The notes under the pieces are model-generated. The model made no database searches. It was not told the DNA's origin and saw nothing but the letters and a program-made list of their open reading frames with translations. This document shows, one piece after another, positions 1-13,668 of a stretch of 64,000 nucleotides of DNA. Origin of the DNA: Malacoraja senta (Eukaryota); assembly GCA_038087875.1 (NCBI GenBank), contig CM075990.1, forward strand, positions 13,890,001 through 13,954,000, in the 5' to 3' direction. Numbering within the stretch: the stretch's first letter is position 1; each line of letters starts with the position of its first letter. The position numbers and the translations under genes were made by a program.

Positions 1-39
1 CTTCTTAATGCGTCTACTTTCGGCTTGCTTCTTCTTGCT
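1..39 (-). CDS. Candidate internal coding exon (continues beyond left edge), reads (R)ARRSKPKVDALR.. after a phase-2 donor
   Basis: Minus-strand acceptor aatttacctctttAG (AG = plus 40-41). Frame is open to the window edge and is compatible with the phase-2 donors at 34771 and 36505. Only 39 nt visible. Confidence 0.4.
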
Positions 40-255
40 CTAAAGAGGTAAATTCCTATCTCTAACACTCCGGAATTGGAAAGGTTCCTTAGAGATTCAC
101 ATGCAGCTGCAGATTAAGATGCGTCGCGATCAATGATGAAGCCTTGCAAGTGCTCAGGGATGCCGATGTTGCTGGTATTCCCTGCCACCCAGGATGACTG
201 AGGGAGATCACTTATAGAGGTCACTCAGCCAGCCTGGGTGAGTTGCGACACTGTG

Positions 256-660
256 GGTGGCACAGTGGTGCAGCGAACACAACTGCTGCCTCACAGCGCC
301 AATAACACAGGTTCAATTCTGATTTCTGGCACTGTCTGTGTGGACTTTGCACATTCTCCTATATGAGAGTGTCCGTTTATCCAGTGATCTGGTTTCCTCC
401 CACATCTCAAAGACGTGCGTGTTGGTAGTTTAGTGGAGTTTAGTAGGGGCTAGTGGAGTCAAGGGATATGGGGAGAAGGCAGGCACGGGTTACTGATCGG
501 GGACGATCAGCCATGATCACAATGAATGACGGTGCTGGCTCGAAGGGCCGAATGGCCTCCTCCTGCACCTATTTTCTATGTTTCTATGTTTCTATGTTTA
601 ACTGGCTGCTGCAAATTGCCCCCGATGTGTGGATGAGCGAGTGGTAAGGTGTTGATGGTT
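256..660 (+). mobile_element. tRNA-derived SINE (HE1/V-SINE-like) interrupted by a CR1 3' end
   Basis: ggcacagtggtgcagcg..ctgcctcacagcgcc..ggttcaattctga head and gtttcctcccacatctcaaagacgtgc core, resuming at ~598 after the CR1 insert; many similar copies in the window. Confidence 0.75.
446..599 (+). mobile_element. CR1/HER1-type LINE 3' end
   Basis: gggatatggggagaaggcagg..cagccatgatc..gaagggccgaatggcc..ctcctgcacctat followed by a (TTTCTATG)n tail. Confidence 0.85.
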
Positions 661-1089
661 TGCGCGGACTGGATGGGCGGATGGGCCTGTCTCTGAGCTG
701 GTCTGGTGTTACTACCCTCCGCCATTCCTCCCTTCCTCCCATCCCAAGATTTATGAAGACCAGAAGGTGATTGATTGCAGGAACTCTGTGGGTCGGGGTC
801 CATGAATCTACCTGCGAGCTTGCTGGATGCAAAGAGGGAAAGTAGTCAAAAAATGGGATGCTGAGCGCTTAAAAGAGAGACGCCTTATCAGGAAATGTGG
901 TCTTTGCAGGGGATGGATAGGTAGCCTGCTCGGATTAGATTTGAAAGCCAAGACACCTCCTGCACCCACCTGCCTTTCCTGCACTACACTCACCAGCACC
1001 AAAGGTACAGACTCTAAACATACAACAGCGAGCAGGAACAGGTTCTCATCCAACGATGTTCGTGGCGAAAATTATGTCCAGATAAACTA

Positions 1090-1735
1090 ATCTCATCTGC
1101 CTGCATGTGATCCATATTCCTCCATTCCCTGCTCCTCGCTAAGAGCTTGTTAAATGCGACCATCATATCTGCCTCCACTACTGTTGCTGGCAGCGTATTC
1201 CAGCACCCTCTGTATTAAATAACTTGTCCCGCACATTCACTTTAAACTTTGTCCCTTTTACCTTAAAGCTATGTCACCTAGTTTAAATTTTCAGTTTGGT
1301 TTTAGAAATACAGCGTGGAAACAGGGCCTTTGGCCCACTGTCCACGCCGACCAGCGATTACCCGTACGCTAATTCTATTCTACACTTTACAGAAGCCAAT
1401 TAACCTACAAATCTGCACTTCTTTGGAATGTAGGTGGAAACCGGGGCACCCGGATACAATCCCTCGCGGTCACAGGGAGGATGTACAAACTCCGTACAGA
1501 CAGCACCCGCGGTTAGGATCGAACCCGGGTCTCTGGCGCTGTAAGGCAGCAACTGCACCACCTTACCACCCTTAAGTCTTTGACATTTCCATTCTGGTAA
1601 AAAAAGTTCTGACTGTCTATCCCATCTATGCCTCACATAATTTATTATTCTATTAGATCTCTCCTCAACCTCTGGCATTCTAAAGAAAACAACCCAAGTG
1701 TGTCTAACCTCTCCTTGTAGCTAATATCCCCCATA
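1090..1735 (-). mobile_element. Degraded CR1 3' fragment with a nested minus-strand SINE (~1285-1572)
   Basis: CR1-type tgatccatattcctccattccc and ctgactgtctatcccatctatgcctc segments flank a SINE with gaacccgggtctctggcgctgtaaggcagc. Confidence 0.7.
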
Positions 1736-2450
1736 ATCTGCTCCCTATTTAATTCTAGGTGGCAAATAAGAGTCCAATACAGGCACCTGGTCCAAAGCAA
1801 ATCAGGAAGGGAATGATCTTACATTCATGGTGGTTGTTGAGACAACACCTGAGCAAGGTGCCAGTAATTTTGTGATGGTGCCTTAGACTGTATGTACACG
1901 GTCACCTCCACACGCACAAGGGGGTGTGGATAATGGAGCTTCACGTGGTCCATAAGGCTGACACGTTGCTGCTGACATTTGGCTCTGACATCAGACGTTA
2001 TTGATTTTGTGTTCCACTCACATTTGCGAAGGAAAGCATCATGGAACCAGTGTTTAGTCTGTAAACAGACACTTGGTATTTTTGCCAGAGGCATGGGTTA
2101 CTACCCATGAACTCAGAAGTACAAAAGCACCTTGAAAACACAGCTGCAATATTTTTTTCTCTGGTCACGCTGCCATGAAACGGCGCTGTGTACAGGCCAG
2201 TGACCTTACACAGAGTGTGGTCACACCCCATAGTCTGCACCTCCGCCCTTCTCTCTCTTCCACTAACTTTGCCGCAGTGGACGAGATTCAACAATTACTC
2301 CCCAATCTCCCCAACGCTTCCTCATATAAGGGCTGAGAAGACTCAATCCCTATCCCGAACCACACAACAATGGGCTGAAGAGCACATTTCCGTGCTGCGT
2401 AACTCCGTGATAGCAAACCAGTCATAGAATGAGGATGAAAAGCAGAGTTA

Positions 2451-2993
2451 TGCCCCTGTCCCACAGGCGATTTTTTAGGCAACTACAGGCAACCAGGTTG
2501 TCGCCACATGGTCACCGGGATGTCGCCTGTATGGGCGTGAGTAGTCTCCTCAGTTGCTGAAAGAATCATAGCGTTTTTCTGGTCGCCGCTAGGTTTTGAG
2601 ATGTTCAAAACTTTTCAGCGACAGTCGGCGACCGTGGGCTTGTCGTAGCTTGACTTCTCCTGACGTAGGTGCTGTCGTAGGTTGTCACCAGGGTGGCGTA
2701 GGTTGTCGCCAGTGCTGACTTCGGTGAATTCCATTGGCGACTACCTACGTCAACCTTTGTCAACCGGCGACTGAATTGTCTTACTTTGTCGTAGCTTGTG
2801 GACGTGGGTGTGGTGGTAGGTGGACGTCGTAATGGGTCGCCGGTTGTCGGTAGCTTGACCAGGTGGTAGGTTGTTGTAGACATTGCCGTAGACATTGTCG
2901 TAAGGAGTCCAGTCACCGTTTATTCGGCGACCTGCTACGACTATGACAGTTGCCGGCAGTCACCGAAAAAATCGCCTAAGTGGGACAGGCCCA
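2451..2993. mobile_element. PIF/Harbinger-type MITE (subfamily A)
   Basis: TIRs tgcccctgtcccac..aggcgattttt / aaaaatcgcctaagtgggacaggccca; TTA on both flanks (2448-2450, 2994-2996). Confidence 0.85.
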
Positions 2994-4264
2994 TTATGGA
3001 CTAGCAAATCATGCAAGTGCTGAAAACTCATAGTCCCCAATAAAACCCTCTCTAATTTGCTTGTTGTTGCTGTAGTTTCTTTATGACCCCATGGCCGTAG
3101 TTAAACAGGAAAAAATTAAAGATGGAAAACAAGACTAAGATCTTGGCGAGTATAAAAATAGCAAGTAAAAATTTCCTATAAAAAGCAGATGTTGATGGGA
3201 ACAATGGAGTTCTGGATTATTGTATCTGGAGAGGCATGATAATGTCTTAGCAGAGAATGCGTTAAATGATTCCCTTGTGTGAAGGCCTCTAAATCAATCT
3301 GAGAAGTATCCTCTACTGAAATGAGTTAAGGAGCTTAACAGGAAGGAGGAAATCACATTGATCAATGCAGGAGTTACCACAGAGTGGTGATTGCAGCACT
3401 AACAGGATTCAGGGCTACAGGTTCAAACTGGGCTACACTTCAGAGCAGGGGCCTGTGAAATTTCTTTGAAGCATGTCTTCTGAGGTATATTGAGCATGAA
3501 AGTCGAGCTGAAAGAGGGAGGAAAGATGAGAAAAAAAAAATCAATGCAGGTTTTGAAACAAAGTTGGATGGATTGGAAATTAGGGAATTAAGGGTTAAAA
3601 ATCTGTCTGCTCTGCATCTGACGTGAGATCAAACCAGGGCTATTGACAGCCTGGGATTCCATGCGGAAGACCTCCCTGTTAATGCTCTGGGCTTGTTTGG
3701 TTACATGATACGTGGTCTCAGCAAGTGAGGGGCGATCTGATGCGGGGTTTTTACACTCGGAAAATCAAGATGGAAGTCATCACGAGACTGAAGGGGATGT
3801 CAACATAGTTGTACAGGTGTAGGACCTCACTCGACAAGCCTATTCTGGTGCTTTGATGATATGACATTGTCAGCTGACACGAGGGGTGAGGGAGTCCAGT
3901 AGGTTTAATCCACTTACACCTCAGCCATGACCTTTGACACAGTAACACGCAGACGATTATAAGATCAAAGTGCAGAAATCTTAAACCTGTGAGTAAGCAG
4001 CTGAGTCCGAGTGCCGAGGGAGTTGATTCCTTGAGAAGTGTCAGAACAGAAGCCAGGCTCCTCAGCGATCAGTTCCGGGCCCATTGATGTTAATGTGGGG
4101 TGCCCGGTTCAAGGGGCATTACCCTGCTAGTGGTGACAAACTGTGGGGAGATGGTGAACCAGGCAGGGAGATGGATGTGCGTGAAGCCACAGAGTGGGAA
4201 ATGACACTTCCTGCTGGAGGGTTTTCTTCACTGAGGCAAAATTCAAAGGTACCTGGGGAAATGG

Positions 4265-4398
4265 GGACAGGTACATGGATAGGATGGGTTTAGAGGGATA
4301 TGTGCCAAATGCAGGCAGGTGGGACTAGTGTAGATGTTGGCCGGCATGGGCAAGTTGGGCCGAAGGGCCTGTTTCCAAGCTATATGACTCAATGATTC
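4265..4398 (+). mobile_element. CR1 3' end fragment
   Basis: gacaggtacatggatagg..gggccgaagggcctgtttcc, matching other CR1 tails in the window. Confidence 0.75.
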
Positions 4399-4401
4399 TA
4401 A

Positions 4402-4636
4402 AGGGCCAGTCCCACTTGGGCGTCATTTACGCGACATCATTTACGCGTCACGATGCACGACACGCGCGTCATGATGCACACGTGATGCGCGCATGTTGTG
4501 CATTACGTGTGCATGGTGTGTGGTGACGTAGGCAGTGACATGCGGTCACGCGCGGCACCCCAGGATTTTGGGATTCACAAAATCTTCGCGCGCCACCTGC
4601 GTGACACGCAAATGTCGCCCAAGTGGGACAGGCCTT
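4402..4636. mobile_element. PIF/Harbinger-type MITE (subfamily B, CpG-rich)
   Basis: TIRs agggccagtcccacttgggcgtcattt / aaatgtcgcccaagtgggacaggcctt; TAA on both flanks. Confidence 0.85.
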
Positions 4637-5732
4637 TAAGATACTAGGAGCAGTGTGTGTGTGTGAACTGTCTACAAAGGGTGGTACTGGACAGAAACAG
4701 GCCCTTTGGCCCAACTCATCCACGCCGATATGATGCCCCACCTAAACTAGTTCCATCTGCCTGCATTTGGTCCATATCCCTCTAAACCTTTCCTATCCAT
4801 GTACCTGTCCAAGTATCTTTTAAATGTATACCTGTCTCATCTACCTCCTCGGTCAGTTCATTCCACATACGCACCACCCTCTGAACAAGAGAAATGCTTG
4901 GACTTTCTAAAATAAACCCCTTTAAATCAGCACACAGATTTAACAAATATTTTCTTAATGTCTTGTGGTTCCAAGGAGCATTATTTAATTTGTGCAACGC
5001 CCCAAGTCTCCACTCCTACTTCATCTCCAGGCACAGTAGGCATACTGGTAAACTGACTGTTACAAACAAGGCTAAACGCACCAAGTACGTACATTGTCAA
5101 GGAAGACGGAGCTTGTGAAGGATGTTGAGATCCAAGGGGACTTCACTCTGGATGCTCAACATTTTGTTCTCAATGAGAAACAGTTACTTTTTGGACCTTG
5201 TTTTGTACAAAATGCTTTGACACTCACACTCACTGCCCTTCAGAGTGCTTTGTGATATGATAAGGTGCTAGGCAAATAACACAAAGATTTGCTGTACGAA
5301 CACAATACTTTTCTTTGTGATCTGCATTCTGATCCAGATAATTTCATTGTTCATTGTGCAGTAAACAAATTCCTCCAGTAAATATTTTCAAACCAACGTA
5401 TTAACATTCCTTTTAGATCAGCATTGTGAAATCCACACGCAGAAATGTGGTATGACGAGGCGGTTTTACAAGGGTGTTTATGATATGTAACTATGCACAC
5501 ATGCACGCACGCTAGATACACAAGGGCTAGTAAACATAGGCCCCACACACTTAGGCATCTGAGTGCATGCATCAAAATACACTGCACTGCCTCACATGCA
5601 CACATACACACACACACACACGCGCATGCTTGCACGCAGACACACGCACTCTGGAGAGAGGGCAGAGGGATTCAATAGGATGTTGCCTGAATTGGAGTAC
5701 TTTGGTTGTGGAGAGAGAATAGATGGATTGGA

Positions 5733-5816
5733 GGCAGACAAAAGTGCTGGAGAAACTCAGCGGGTGCAGCAGCATCTATGGAGCGAAGGAAATAGGCAAC
5801 GTTTCGGGCCGAAACA
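5733..5816 (-). mobile_element. Penelope pLTR-derived short fragment
   Basis: agacaaaagtgctggagaaactcagcgggtgcagcagcatctatggagcgaaggaaataggcaacgtttcgggccgaaac is the reverse complement of the Penelope 3' end at 51455-51547. Confidence 0.8.
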
Positions 5817-6729
5817 CTTGTTTTCCCTGAAGGAAAGGAGACTGAAGGTGACCTGAATTAATGAATACTTTATTGTCACGTGACAATTCACAGTGAAACT
5901 CTGTGCTTGCATCCCCAAGGTATGCAAATAGTCATCACGCAAAGGGCGCTTACAAACTTACAAAGTATCCCGTGCCAGGTCCCCCTTAGTTCTCCCCTTC
6001 CTCCCCCCCCCCTCACGGCAGTCGCCCCCCCACGCCAGATCCTCCATTGCTCTTCCCCGAAGTGAAGTAAATAAGATTATGAGGCACAATATACGGACAG
6101 AATATTTACCCCATCATAGAGATATTAAAACCAAGTAGGCATATGTTTAAAGGTGTGAGGAAGAAGGGGATCTGAGAGTAAAGGTTTCTTGCACACCAAA
6201 GAGTAGTTCACATCTGGAAAACACTGTCAGAGTAGGTTGTCAAGTCGGATAAAATGACTACATCTAGGAGTTATTTAGATAGATAGTAAAATAGATGGAC
6301 ATCGAAGAGCAGTGTTCTAATGTTGTTGTTTTTTCATTTAAAAAACATTAGCGACGCAGTGGTGCTGTTTTCCGACGGGCATACCTTACAATGCTATGTA
6401 CGACAGTGATCGCAACTTGTACTGAAGTGTGGATGGCCGTTGGCTCACTAGGAGCTCATTCGCCCTTTGACAGGTCTTATTTTTTGTCCTGCTGGGGGTC
6501 CACAGCCCCCTCCTCACCTGGCAAACCAGGTGGGGGAGACGGTTTAGTCGCCGACTATCCGACCATGGAGCAGGTAGCACGGGATTACATGGTACCCATG
6601 GCGGGGGGAACTGGTAAACTGTTGGTGTGGATAGGCAAAGAGGTTGGCATGGACATGGTGGGCCGAACGACCTGTTTCTGTGCCATATTACCTACGACAC
6701 ACAATAACACAATGTTCACTTGCACCAAC

Positions 6730-6800
6730 ATACGCGCACACACACGCATGCACGCATGCATGCACGCACGCACCCACACACACACACATGCACGCACATA

Positions 6801-6835
<35 letters not shown>

Positions 6836-7240
6836 GCACAGACGCACACACACGCGCATGCACGCACACACACACACACATACGCACGCACACACACGCA
6901 CGCACGCACACACGCACGCACGCACACACACACGCAAGCACGCGCACACACACACACACACACACACGCGCGCACGCACGCACACACACACACACACGCA
7001 CACACACGCACGCACATACGCATACACACACACACGCGCGCACACACGCACGCACGCATGCACGCACACACACGCACATGCGCACACACACATACGCACA
7101 CACATGCGCACGCACATACGCACACTCACACACACACACACGCACACATGCACGCACGCACGCACACGCATGCATGCGCACACACACACACACACACGCA
7201 CGCACACACATGCACACACACACACACACACACACACACT
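6730..7240. repeat. Compound (CA)n/(CACG)n microsatellite
   Basis: About 510 bp of near-continuous alternating purine-pyrimidine repeat; explains the His/Thr and Cys/Val ORFs here. Confidence 0.97.
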
Positions 7241-7724
7241 TGTAAGCATGCACATACATATGTAGAATAGCACCCTGTGGCACAGTCGTTAATTTATTTA
7301 ATTGACAGTCAGATTAACACAGAGTGGTGGGTATCTGGAACGCGCTGCCTGGGTTAGTGGTGGGGGCAGATATGCTAGTGTCGTTTGAGAGGCTTTTGGC
7401 TAAATACATGAATATGCAGGGAATGGAGGGATATGGATCATGTGCAGGCAGAGGAGATTAGTTTAACGGCCTCACGTTTGTCATGGACAATGTGGGCTGA
7501 AGGGGATGTTCTGTCCTGTTCTATTTCTGACCATTGAAGCAAGAGTACATGTCCCATGGGTGGGGAATTAAATTCAAGTACCGGTAATTAAATATGGAAT
7601 CTAAAATAACGCTAGTCTCGGTTATGGCAACCATGAATCTAGGAGATTGTTATAAAAGTCCATCAGGTTCACTAAGGTTCTTCAGAAAGGAAATCTGCTC
7701 GCCTACAGAGCTATAACGCATATT

Positions 7725-8208
7725 CTTTGCAGTATTGTAGATGTAGCCCAGTCCATCACACAGACCAGACTTCCCGCTGTTGACTCCTTCTATACTTCAC
7801 GCTGCCCCAGATAAACAGCCAACATAATCAAAGTCTTGGCTCTCCCTGGACATTCTTACTTTTCCCTGCTCCCATCCAGCAGAAGATACAGAAGTTTGAA
7901 AGTGCACACCACCAGACCCAGGAACTGCTTCTTCCACTCTGTTATCATGCTTCTGAACGGTCCTTCCACAAGCAAGGATACTGTCAGATTCACTGCTAAC
8001 CGATTGTGGACATTGACTTTGTCTAAGGAACTGATGCGCTACAATACTGAGGACTATATTCTTCACTCTGCATCTTACCCTTTGCTCTATCTATTATCTT
8101 TGTTTGGCATGACTGTATTGAAGTATAGTATATCTGATCTATTTGGATAGCATGCAAAACAAAGCTTTTCACTTGACCTCATCACATATGACAATAATAA
8201 ACCTAAAC
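7725..8208 (+). mobile_element. Rex1/Babar-type LINE 3' end
   Basis: Degraded ORF end ..PGHSYFSLLPSSRRYRSLKVHTTRPRNCFF, then a 3' UTR ending gacaataataaa(cctaaa). Confidence 0.75.
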
Positions 8209-8259
8209 CTGATATTTACCTGTTCCAAGGACTCTCTTAAGGCAGCAACTCTACCATGA

Positions 8260-8550
8260 CACTGTGGAGCAGTGGTGAGTTGCTGCCTTTCAGCGCCGGA
8301 GACATGGGGTTCAATCCTAACTATGGCTATTTTCTCCCTGTGACCGCGTGGGTTTTCTCCGAGTGCTGCGGTTTCCAACCACACTCCAAAGACGTGCCGG
8401 TTTGTAGGTTAATTGGCTTTGGTAAAAATTGTAATTTGTTCCTAGTGTGTGTAGGATAGTGTTAGTGTGGGGGGGGGGGGGGGTGATCGCTGGTTGGCAC
8501 GGACTTTGTGGGCTGAAGGGCCTGTTTCTGCGCTGTATCTCTAAAGCAAA
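8260..8550 (+). mobile_element. HE1/V-SINE-like SINE
   Basis: tRNA-like head (ggttcaatcct), core ggtttccaaccacactccaaagacgt..taggttaattggc, tail gaagggcctgtttctgcgctgtatctctaaa. Confidence 0.8.
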
Positions 8551-10115
8551 GTAAATCTTCTTCAGAACAGAGGTAAATATGTGGGGACAATAAATGTGTC
8601 ATGGCCACGTCCTGTGAATTGATAAATAAATAGCACAAACACACGGGGGTGCAGATATCCCGTCCTCTCTACTGCGCTGTGGTGTAGCCTCTGGTTATCG
8701 AATGGTTAAGCCTTGCACTCCAAACCCCTCTACAAATACATTCCTTGTGGAGCATTCGCATCCAACCCCTGGCCTGATCTTCCCCACTCAATGCTGACTT
8801 ATCAACAACCCGCTCACCGGTTGAACATTGTTGTTCAGAATTAGCACATTTCAAACATTCAGACACGCGGGTGTGTGGCTAATTCAGTAATTTATTCCAA
8901 TAACAGCCTGCAAACATCAATCAAATTCACAGGATGCCAACGTCACACGTCACCTCCACCAGACTGAAGTCTTACTTGCGTCACTAATGCCAAGCGGCAG
9001 CTCTGCGCCTCTACCCTGACACCGTCCCTAACTGTGACCCACAGACAGGCGGGCGCTCTCAATGGAACAATGATGAATGAGCAGCTGACAACAAGCTGAC
9101 AGAAGAGGTGAGAAAATGGAGCAGGTGGAGGTTTCCCTCGGAGCAGGAGCTGAATGCACTGGATGGTCGTGACTCTGTTGAACACTCTGAGAAATATCAG
9201 AGGGTTTGCCAGTCTGTCAGACCTGCCCGCGGTCTCCTGTAACCCAACGATACAAGTCGGGTGAACTACTCTTGCCTTGTGCGGTCTTCAGACCAGATGG
9301 GGGACGGGACGTTCAGGGGGGAGATCTTTTTTTTAAAATAGTACAGGGAATCTACCTCTGCCCGAGTTCCTGGCATTATCTAAATAGCTATTGCATAAAT
9401 AGCATTGCATAAATATGAAGGCGTGTCCTACACTTGGCCAACAAGATTCACCTTTAACAGTGATGCAACAGGAATTTTCTGTTATGTAATAACTCCAGTG
9501 TGGTATGTTTTCCCCAAGGGATTGGTAAGATTACCATTAAAGCAAAATTTGATACTAAGACAAGGAGATATTACTTTAGCTAGTAGAAAAGCTTGGTCAA
9601 GAATAGTTGGTTTAAGGATCTTCTCCAAGAGGGTTGGAGAAGCAGTGATGTTTGAGAAGGGAATTCCAGAGGTTTGGGGCCTTGCCAATTAAAGGTGTGG
9701 CTGCCAATGGTGGAATGAGGAAAATCGGGGAGGTTTGTGACACTGGAACTAGAGGGTCACAGAGAGCAAAAATACAGGATCTGCTCTCAATGAAAGGTAA
9801 AGTGCACACAGCTCATTTAAAATCATTCTGGACTTGATGCCCTTTGTATGATGTAGCACAACAATGACTTTGTCCCATTCAGTTTCCGAAACTTCATCCT
9901 CATTCCAACAGTCTCCTTTCAACCTCTACAATATTCTCCATTTCACGTCCATGCAGCCTCCATGCATTCCACTATAGACGATGATCTTCCCCTGTCCTGC
10001 CCTTTGTCAAACTGCACCACCTTGGACAACATGAGCTGAGCCATTGTTTATAATCTCATTGGAAAACTGGAAGTTCAGATAGTGCCGCACTGAGGTGCTA
10101 GGTAGAGGTGCTAGG

Positions 10116-10470
10116 TCATAAGTAATACGAGCAGAATTAGGCCATTCGGCCCATCAAGTCTACTCCGCCATTCATTCATGGCTGATCTATCTTTCCCTCT
10201 TAACCCCATTCTCCTGCCTTCTCCCCATAACCACTGACACCCATACTAATCAAGAATCAATCTATCTCTACCTTAAAAATCTCCATTGACTTGGCCTCCA
10301 CAACCTTCTGTGGCAGAATTCCACAGTTCACCACCGTCTACTGAAGAAATTCCTTCTCATCTCCCTAAAGGAACGTCCTTTAATTCTGAAGCTCTGACCT
10401 CTGGTCCTAGACTCTCGCACTAGTGGAAACATCCTCTCCACATCCACTCTATCTAAGCCTTTCACTATTC
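10116..10470 (-). mobile_element. CR1 3' fragment
   Basis: gcagaattaggccattcggccc..cctgccttctccccataacc..cagaattccacag..ctagtggaaacatcctctccacatccac. Confidence 0.8.
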
Positions 10471-10934
10471 GGTACGTGCTAGCCTGAGGAGACCGACTTT
10501 CTGTACCAGGAGAGGTGTGATGCTATTGTACGTGGGAGGAAGTACCACCTTGACAGTGTGAAGAAGATTCTCAACCTAAAATGCCACTTATCCATCTTCT
10601 CCAGAGATGCTGGTACAATCAAAACATGTAAGAGATATTTGGACAGGTACATGGATAGGATAGCTTTAGAGTGCTATGGGCCAAGTACGGGCAGGTGGGA
10701 TAATGTAGATGAGGCATGTTAGTCGACGTGGGCAAGTAGGGTCGAAGGGCATCTTTTTATGCTGTATGATTCTCTGTGCTGCCTGACCCGCTGAGTTACT
10801 CCAGCACTTTGTGTCCTTTTGTGTAGTAACCATCATCTGCTGTTCTCTGATTCTACAGACTGTGTGATAATGGCATTGTACAAGGGGTTGCAGGGAAATC
10901 TTATTATATGGAACGTCAGAGGTTGAGGAGAACC

Positions 10935-11041
10935 TCTGAAGAAGGGTTCTGAAGAAGGGTTTCGGCCCGAAACGTTACCTATTTCCTTCGCTCCATAGAT
11001 GCTGCTGCACCCGCTGAGTTTCTCCAGCATTTTTGTGTACC
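10935..11041 (+). mobile_element. Solo Penelope pLTR insertion with hammerhead-like core and 13-bp TSD
   Basis: Core CTGAAGA-A-GGGTTTCGGCCC-GAAACGTT at 10949-10976; direct repeat gttgaggagaacc at 10922-10934 and 11042-11054. Confidence 0.85.
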
Positions 11042-12429
11042 GTTGAGGAGAACCCGATGGAAGTATATACAATTTATGAGAGGCATAGATAGGGTAGACA
11101 ATCAGAACCTTTTCCCCAGAGAGGAAATGTCAAGGACTAGAGGGCACAGCTTTAAGATTTGATAATCAAATTTTGAAGGTGATGTTCTGAGCACCTGGAG
11201 AAAACCCACGAGGTCACAGGGAGAACGTACTAACTTCATACAGACAGCTCCCATAGCTCCCATTGCTGCAGTGTAAGGCGGCAACTCTACCGCTGTGTCA
11301 CGGTTTGTACAAGGAACTGCTTGCTATTTACTGTACCGAGAGCAGTGAACTTGTACAGTATTGTGCACCCTGGTGTGATTAGACATGTTGTAATGGCTTC
11401 TCCTTGTGCCTGGCCTCTGTACAGGTCTTCTGGAGTTATGCAAAGCAACGTGGAAAACATCTTGGCAGTAATGATGCTATTGTTGAGTAGCTGGCAATCT
11501 GACGACTTCCGTGTACGCTTGCCAAGTGCTGTTCTAACTCTCTGGCCCCTGTGTCTGCACTGTTGCTCCTTGAACTACAGAAAGACGTAAATATTCAAAA
11601 CAACACATGGAATTATTCTAGTGAAACAAGGCTGACCTGATCAAGAACAGGTCTATCTGGTCCACTGAAAGGATTTAAAAATAGGTTTTATATGCCTCAG
11701 GTCCACACACAACAAAGGGGCTTTATTTACTCTTGAGCTGGTCTCTTCTCCTTTGCCTGGGATGTCACCCTCTCTCACAGCATAAAGTGGATTGATTGAG
11801 AGAGAATGAAGGTGTCCAAAATTCTTCACCAACAATAACAAGGGATCGCATTCATATACAGTAATGCTTCTGAAATAACAAAATGTTCCAGGATACTTAT
11901 GATGCACATTATCAAACCCAATGAAACTTGACACCCGACCACAGCAAGTGATGCCAACACATGCCCAAGAGGTCGGTAATAAGTGCATTTTAAGAGAGAG
12001 GCAGTGAATCTTCAGGGTGGAAATTCCAGAGCGCAGGGCTTTGTGAGGTGAAGGTGGGATAGATGTTGTGGACAGGGCTAAAATTGGAGCAGAGCACAGA
12101 TTCACAACAGCCTGTCCTTTCTAAGTGTCACATTGAAGTCAGGCATCTATTGTTTACATCCCCAGGGGCAGCACAATGATGCAGCTAGTAGAGCAGCTGC
12201 CTCATAGCACCGATTCCGACCTCGGGTGTGGAGTTTGCACTATCTCCCTGGAACATAGATTTTCTCTAGATGTTCCAATTTCCTCCCACACTGCAAAGAC
12301 GTTAATTGGCCTCTGTACATTGGCCCTAGTGTGTAAGGAGTGGATGAGAAGGTGGGATAACATAGAACTTAGTATGAATGGGCTAAACTTCCTTATCTTA
12401 CCTGAACAAGGAAAGTCAAGGAATCAGAG

Positions 12430-12860
12430 AATGACAGAAGTATTATGCTATAGGGAGAGGTTGAGTAGGCTGGGTCTCTATTCCATGAAGCACAGGAGGA
12501 TAAGGGGAGATCTTATAGAGGTATACAAAATCATGAGAGGAATCGATCAGGTAGATGCACAGAGTCTTTTACCCAGAGTAGGGGAATCGAGGACCAGAGG
12601 ACATAGGTTCAAGGTGAAGGGGATCTCAGGGGTAACTTTTTCCACACAGAGGGTGGTGGGTGTATAGAACAAGCTGCCAGAGGAGGTAGTTGAGGCTGGG
12701 ACTATCCCATAGTTTAAGAAACAATTAGCCAGGTACATGGATAGGGCAAGTTTGGAGGGGATATGTACTAAGCACAGGCAAGTGGGACTAGTGTAGCTGG
12801 GACATTGTTGGCCAGTGTGGGCGCGTTGGGCCGAAGGGCCTCACTGTTTCACTCTATGAC
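12430..12860 (+). mobile_element. CR1 3' fragment (RT C-terminal remnant plus 3' UTR)
   Basis: Translates YRERLSRLGLYS..RRIRGDLIEVYKIMRGID..RTRGHRFKV, typical of the CR1 ORF2 end. Confidence 0.9.
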
Positions 12861-12894
12861 AAACTTATCTGAATTAAACTAATTTGTTATTCCT

Positions 12895-13120
12895 TGGCCA
12901 AATGATCAAGATCCTAGAGTTATTCTTGATAACCTTCTTCACATTAGTGTCATTTGTAAACTTAATAACCATGCCTGATATATTGTTATCCAAACAGTCG
13001 ATATAGATGACAGTCAACAATGGTCCCAGCACTGATCCATGAGGCACACCACTAGTCACTGGTCTCCAGTCCGATAAACAACCTTCCACCATCAACCTCT
13101 GCTTCCTATCACCAAGTCCA
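12895..13120 (-). mobile_element. CR1 reverse-transcriptase core remnant
   Basis: RKQRLMVEGCLSDWRPVTSGVPHGSVLGPLL..YID.LD..KFTNDT = degraded GVPQGSVLGP and FADD motifs. Confidence 0.85.
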
Positions 13121-13404
13121 TTATGTGCCTGCAACTGTGGATAGAACACTATGCAGACACTGTGCACCAGTGGTGGAGGGTGTGAATGTTCAAGGTGGTG
13201 GATGAGCAAACAGAATCATTGCTATCCAGGAATATACACAAAAAACAGCAATCTAAGTGTCAGCTTAATACAATGCCCAATTTATGGACACCCTACTTAC
13301 AAACAAGATCCCATAATGTTATTAAATCCAAAAGTCCAAAATACATACGTTTAATCCTCCGAACAGCTGTACTAGCTTCCCCTCTCTCATTAACTTTGAA
13401 TAAC

Positions 13405-13668
13405 TGTTGTTATAAAAACAGGCATAAAAACAGTTTTTATCCACAAGTAGTTGCTCCAAAAATCTGTAGCCTCCCTTTGATCTGGTATTTTGTTGGTTCA
13501 CATGCTTGATCAATGGTGTTTTATCATTAATGTTTTATTATTATTAATGTTTAGTGTTTTCTGAGTCATTCGTAACTGTCACTGTATGTCATGTTGTTAC
13601 TTGTGGGCGGTGCACCAAGGCAAATTCCTTGTATGTGAATACTTGGCCAATAAACTTACTTACTTACT
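13405..13668 (+). mobile_element. Rex1/Babar-type 3' end with (TTAC)n tail
   Basis: NRHKNSFYPQ-type ORF end, AT-rich UTR, ccaataaa(cttac)n tail. Confidence 0.6.

Noticed and set aside
256..330. tRNA-like A/B-box sequences here and at other SINE heads
   Set aside because: They continue into SINE core and tail; no complete cloverleaf, so not tRNA genes.
6391..7283. Long ORFs (up to 284 aa) rich in H/T/R or C/V
   Set aside because: Stop-free translation of a (CA)n/(CACG)n microsatellite in several frames on both strands.
8976..9185. Minus-strand ORF with CAA|GTAAGA donor in unique sequence
   Set aside because: No ATG start, no convincing acceptor and no recognisable peptide; at most a non-coding element.
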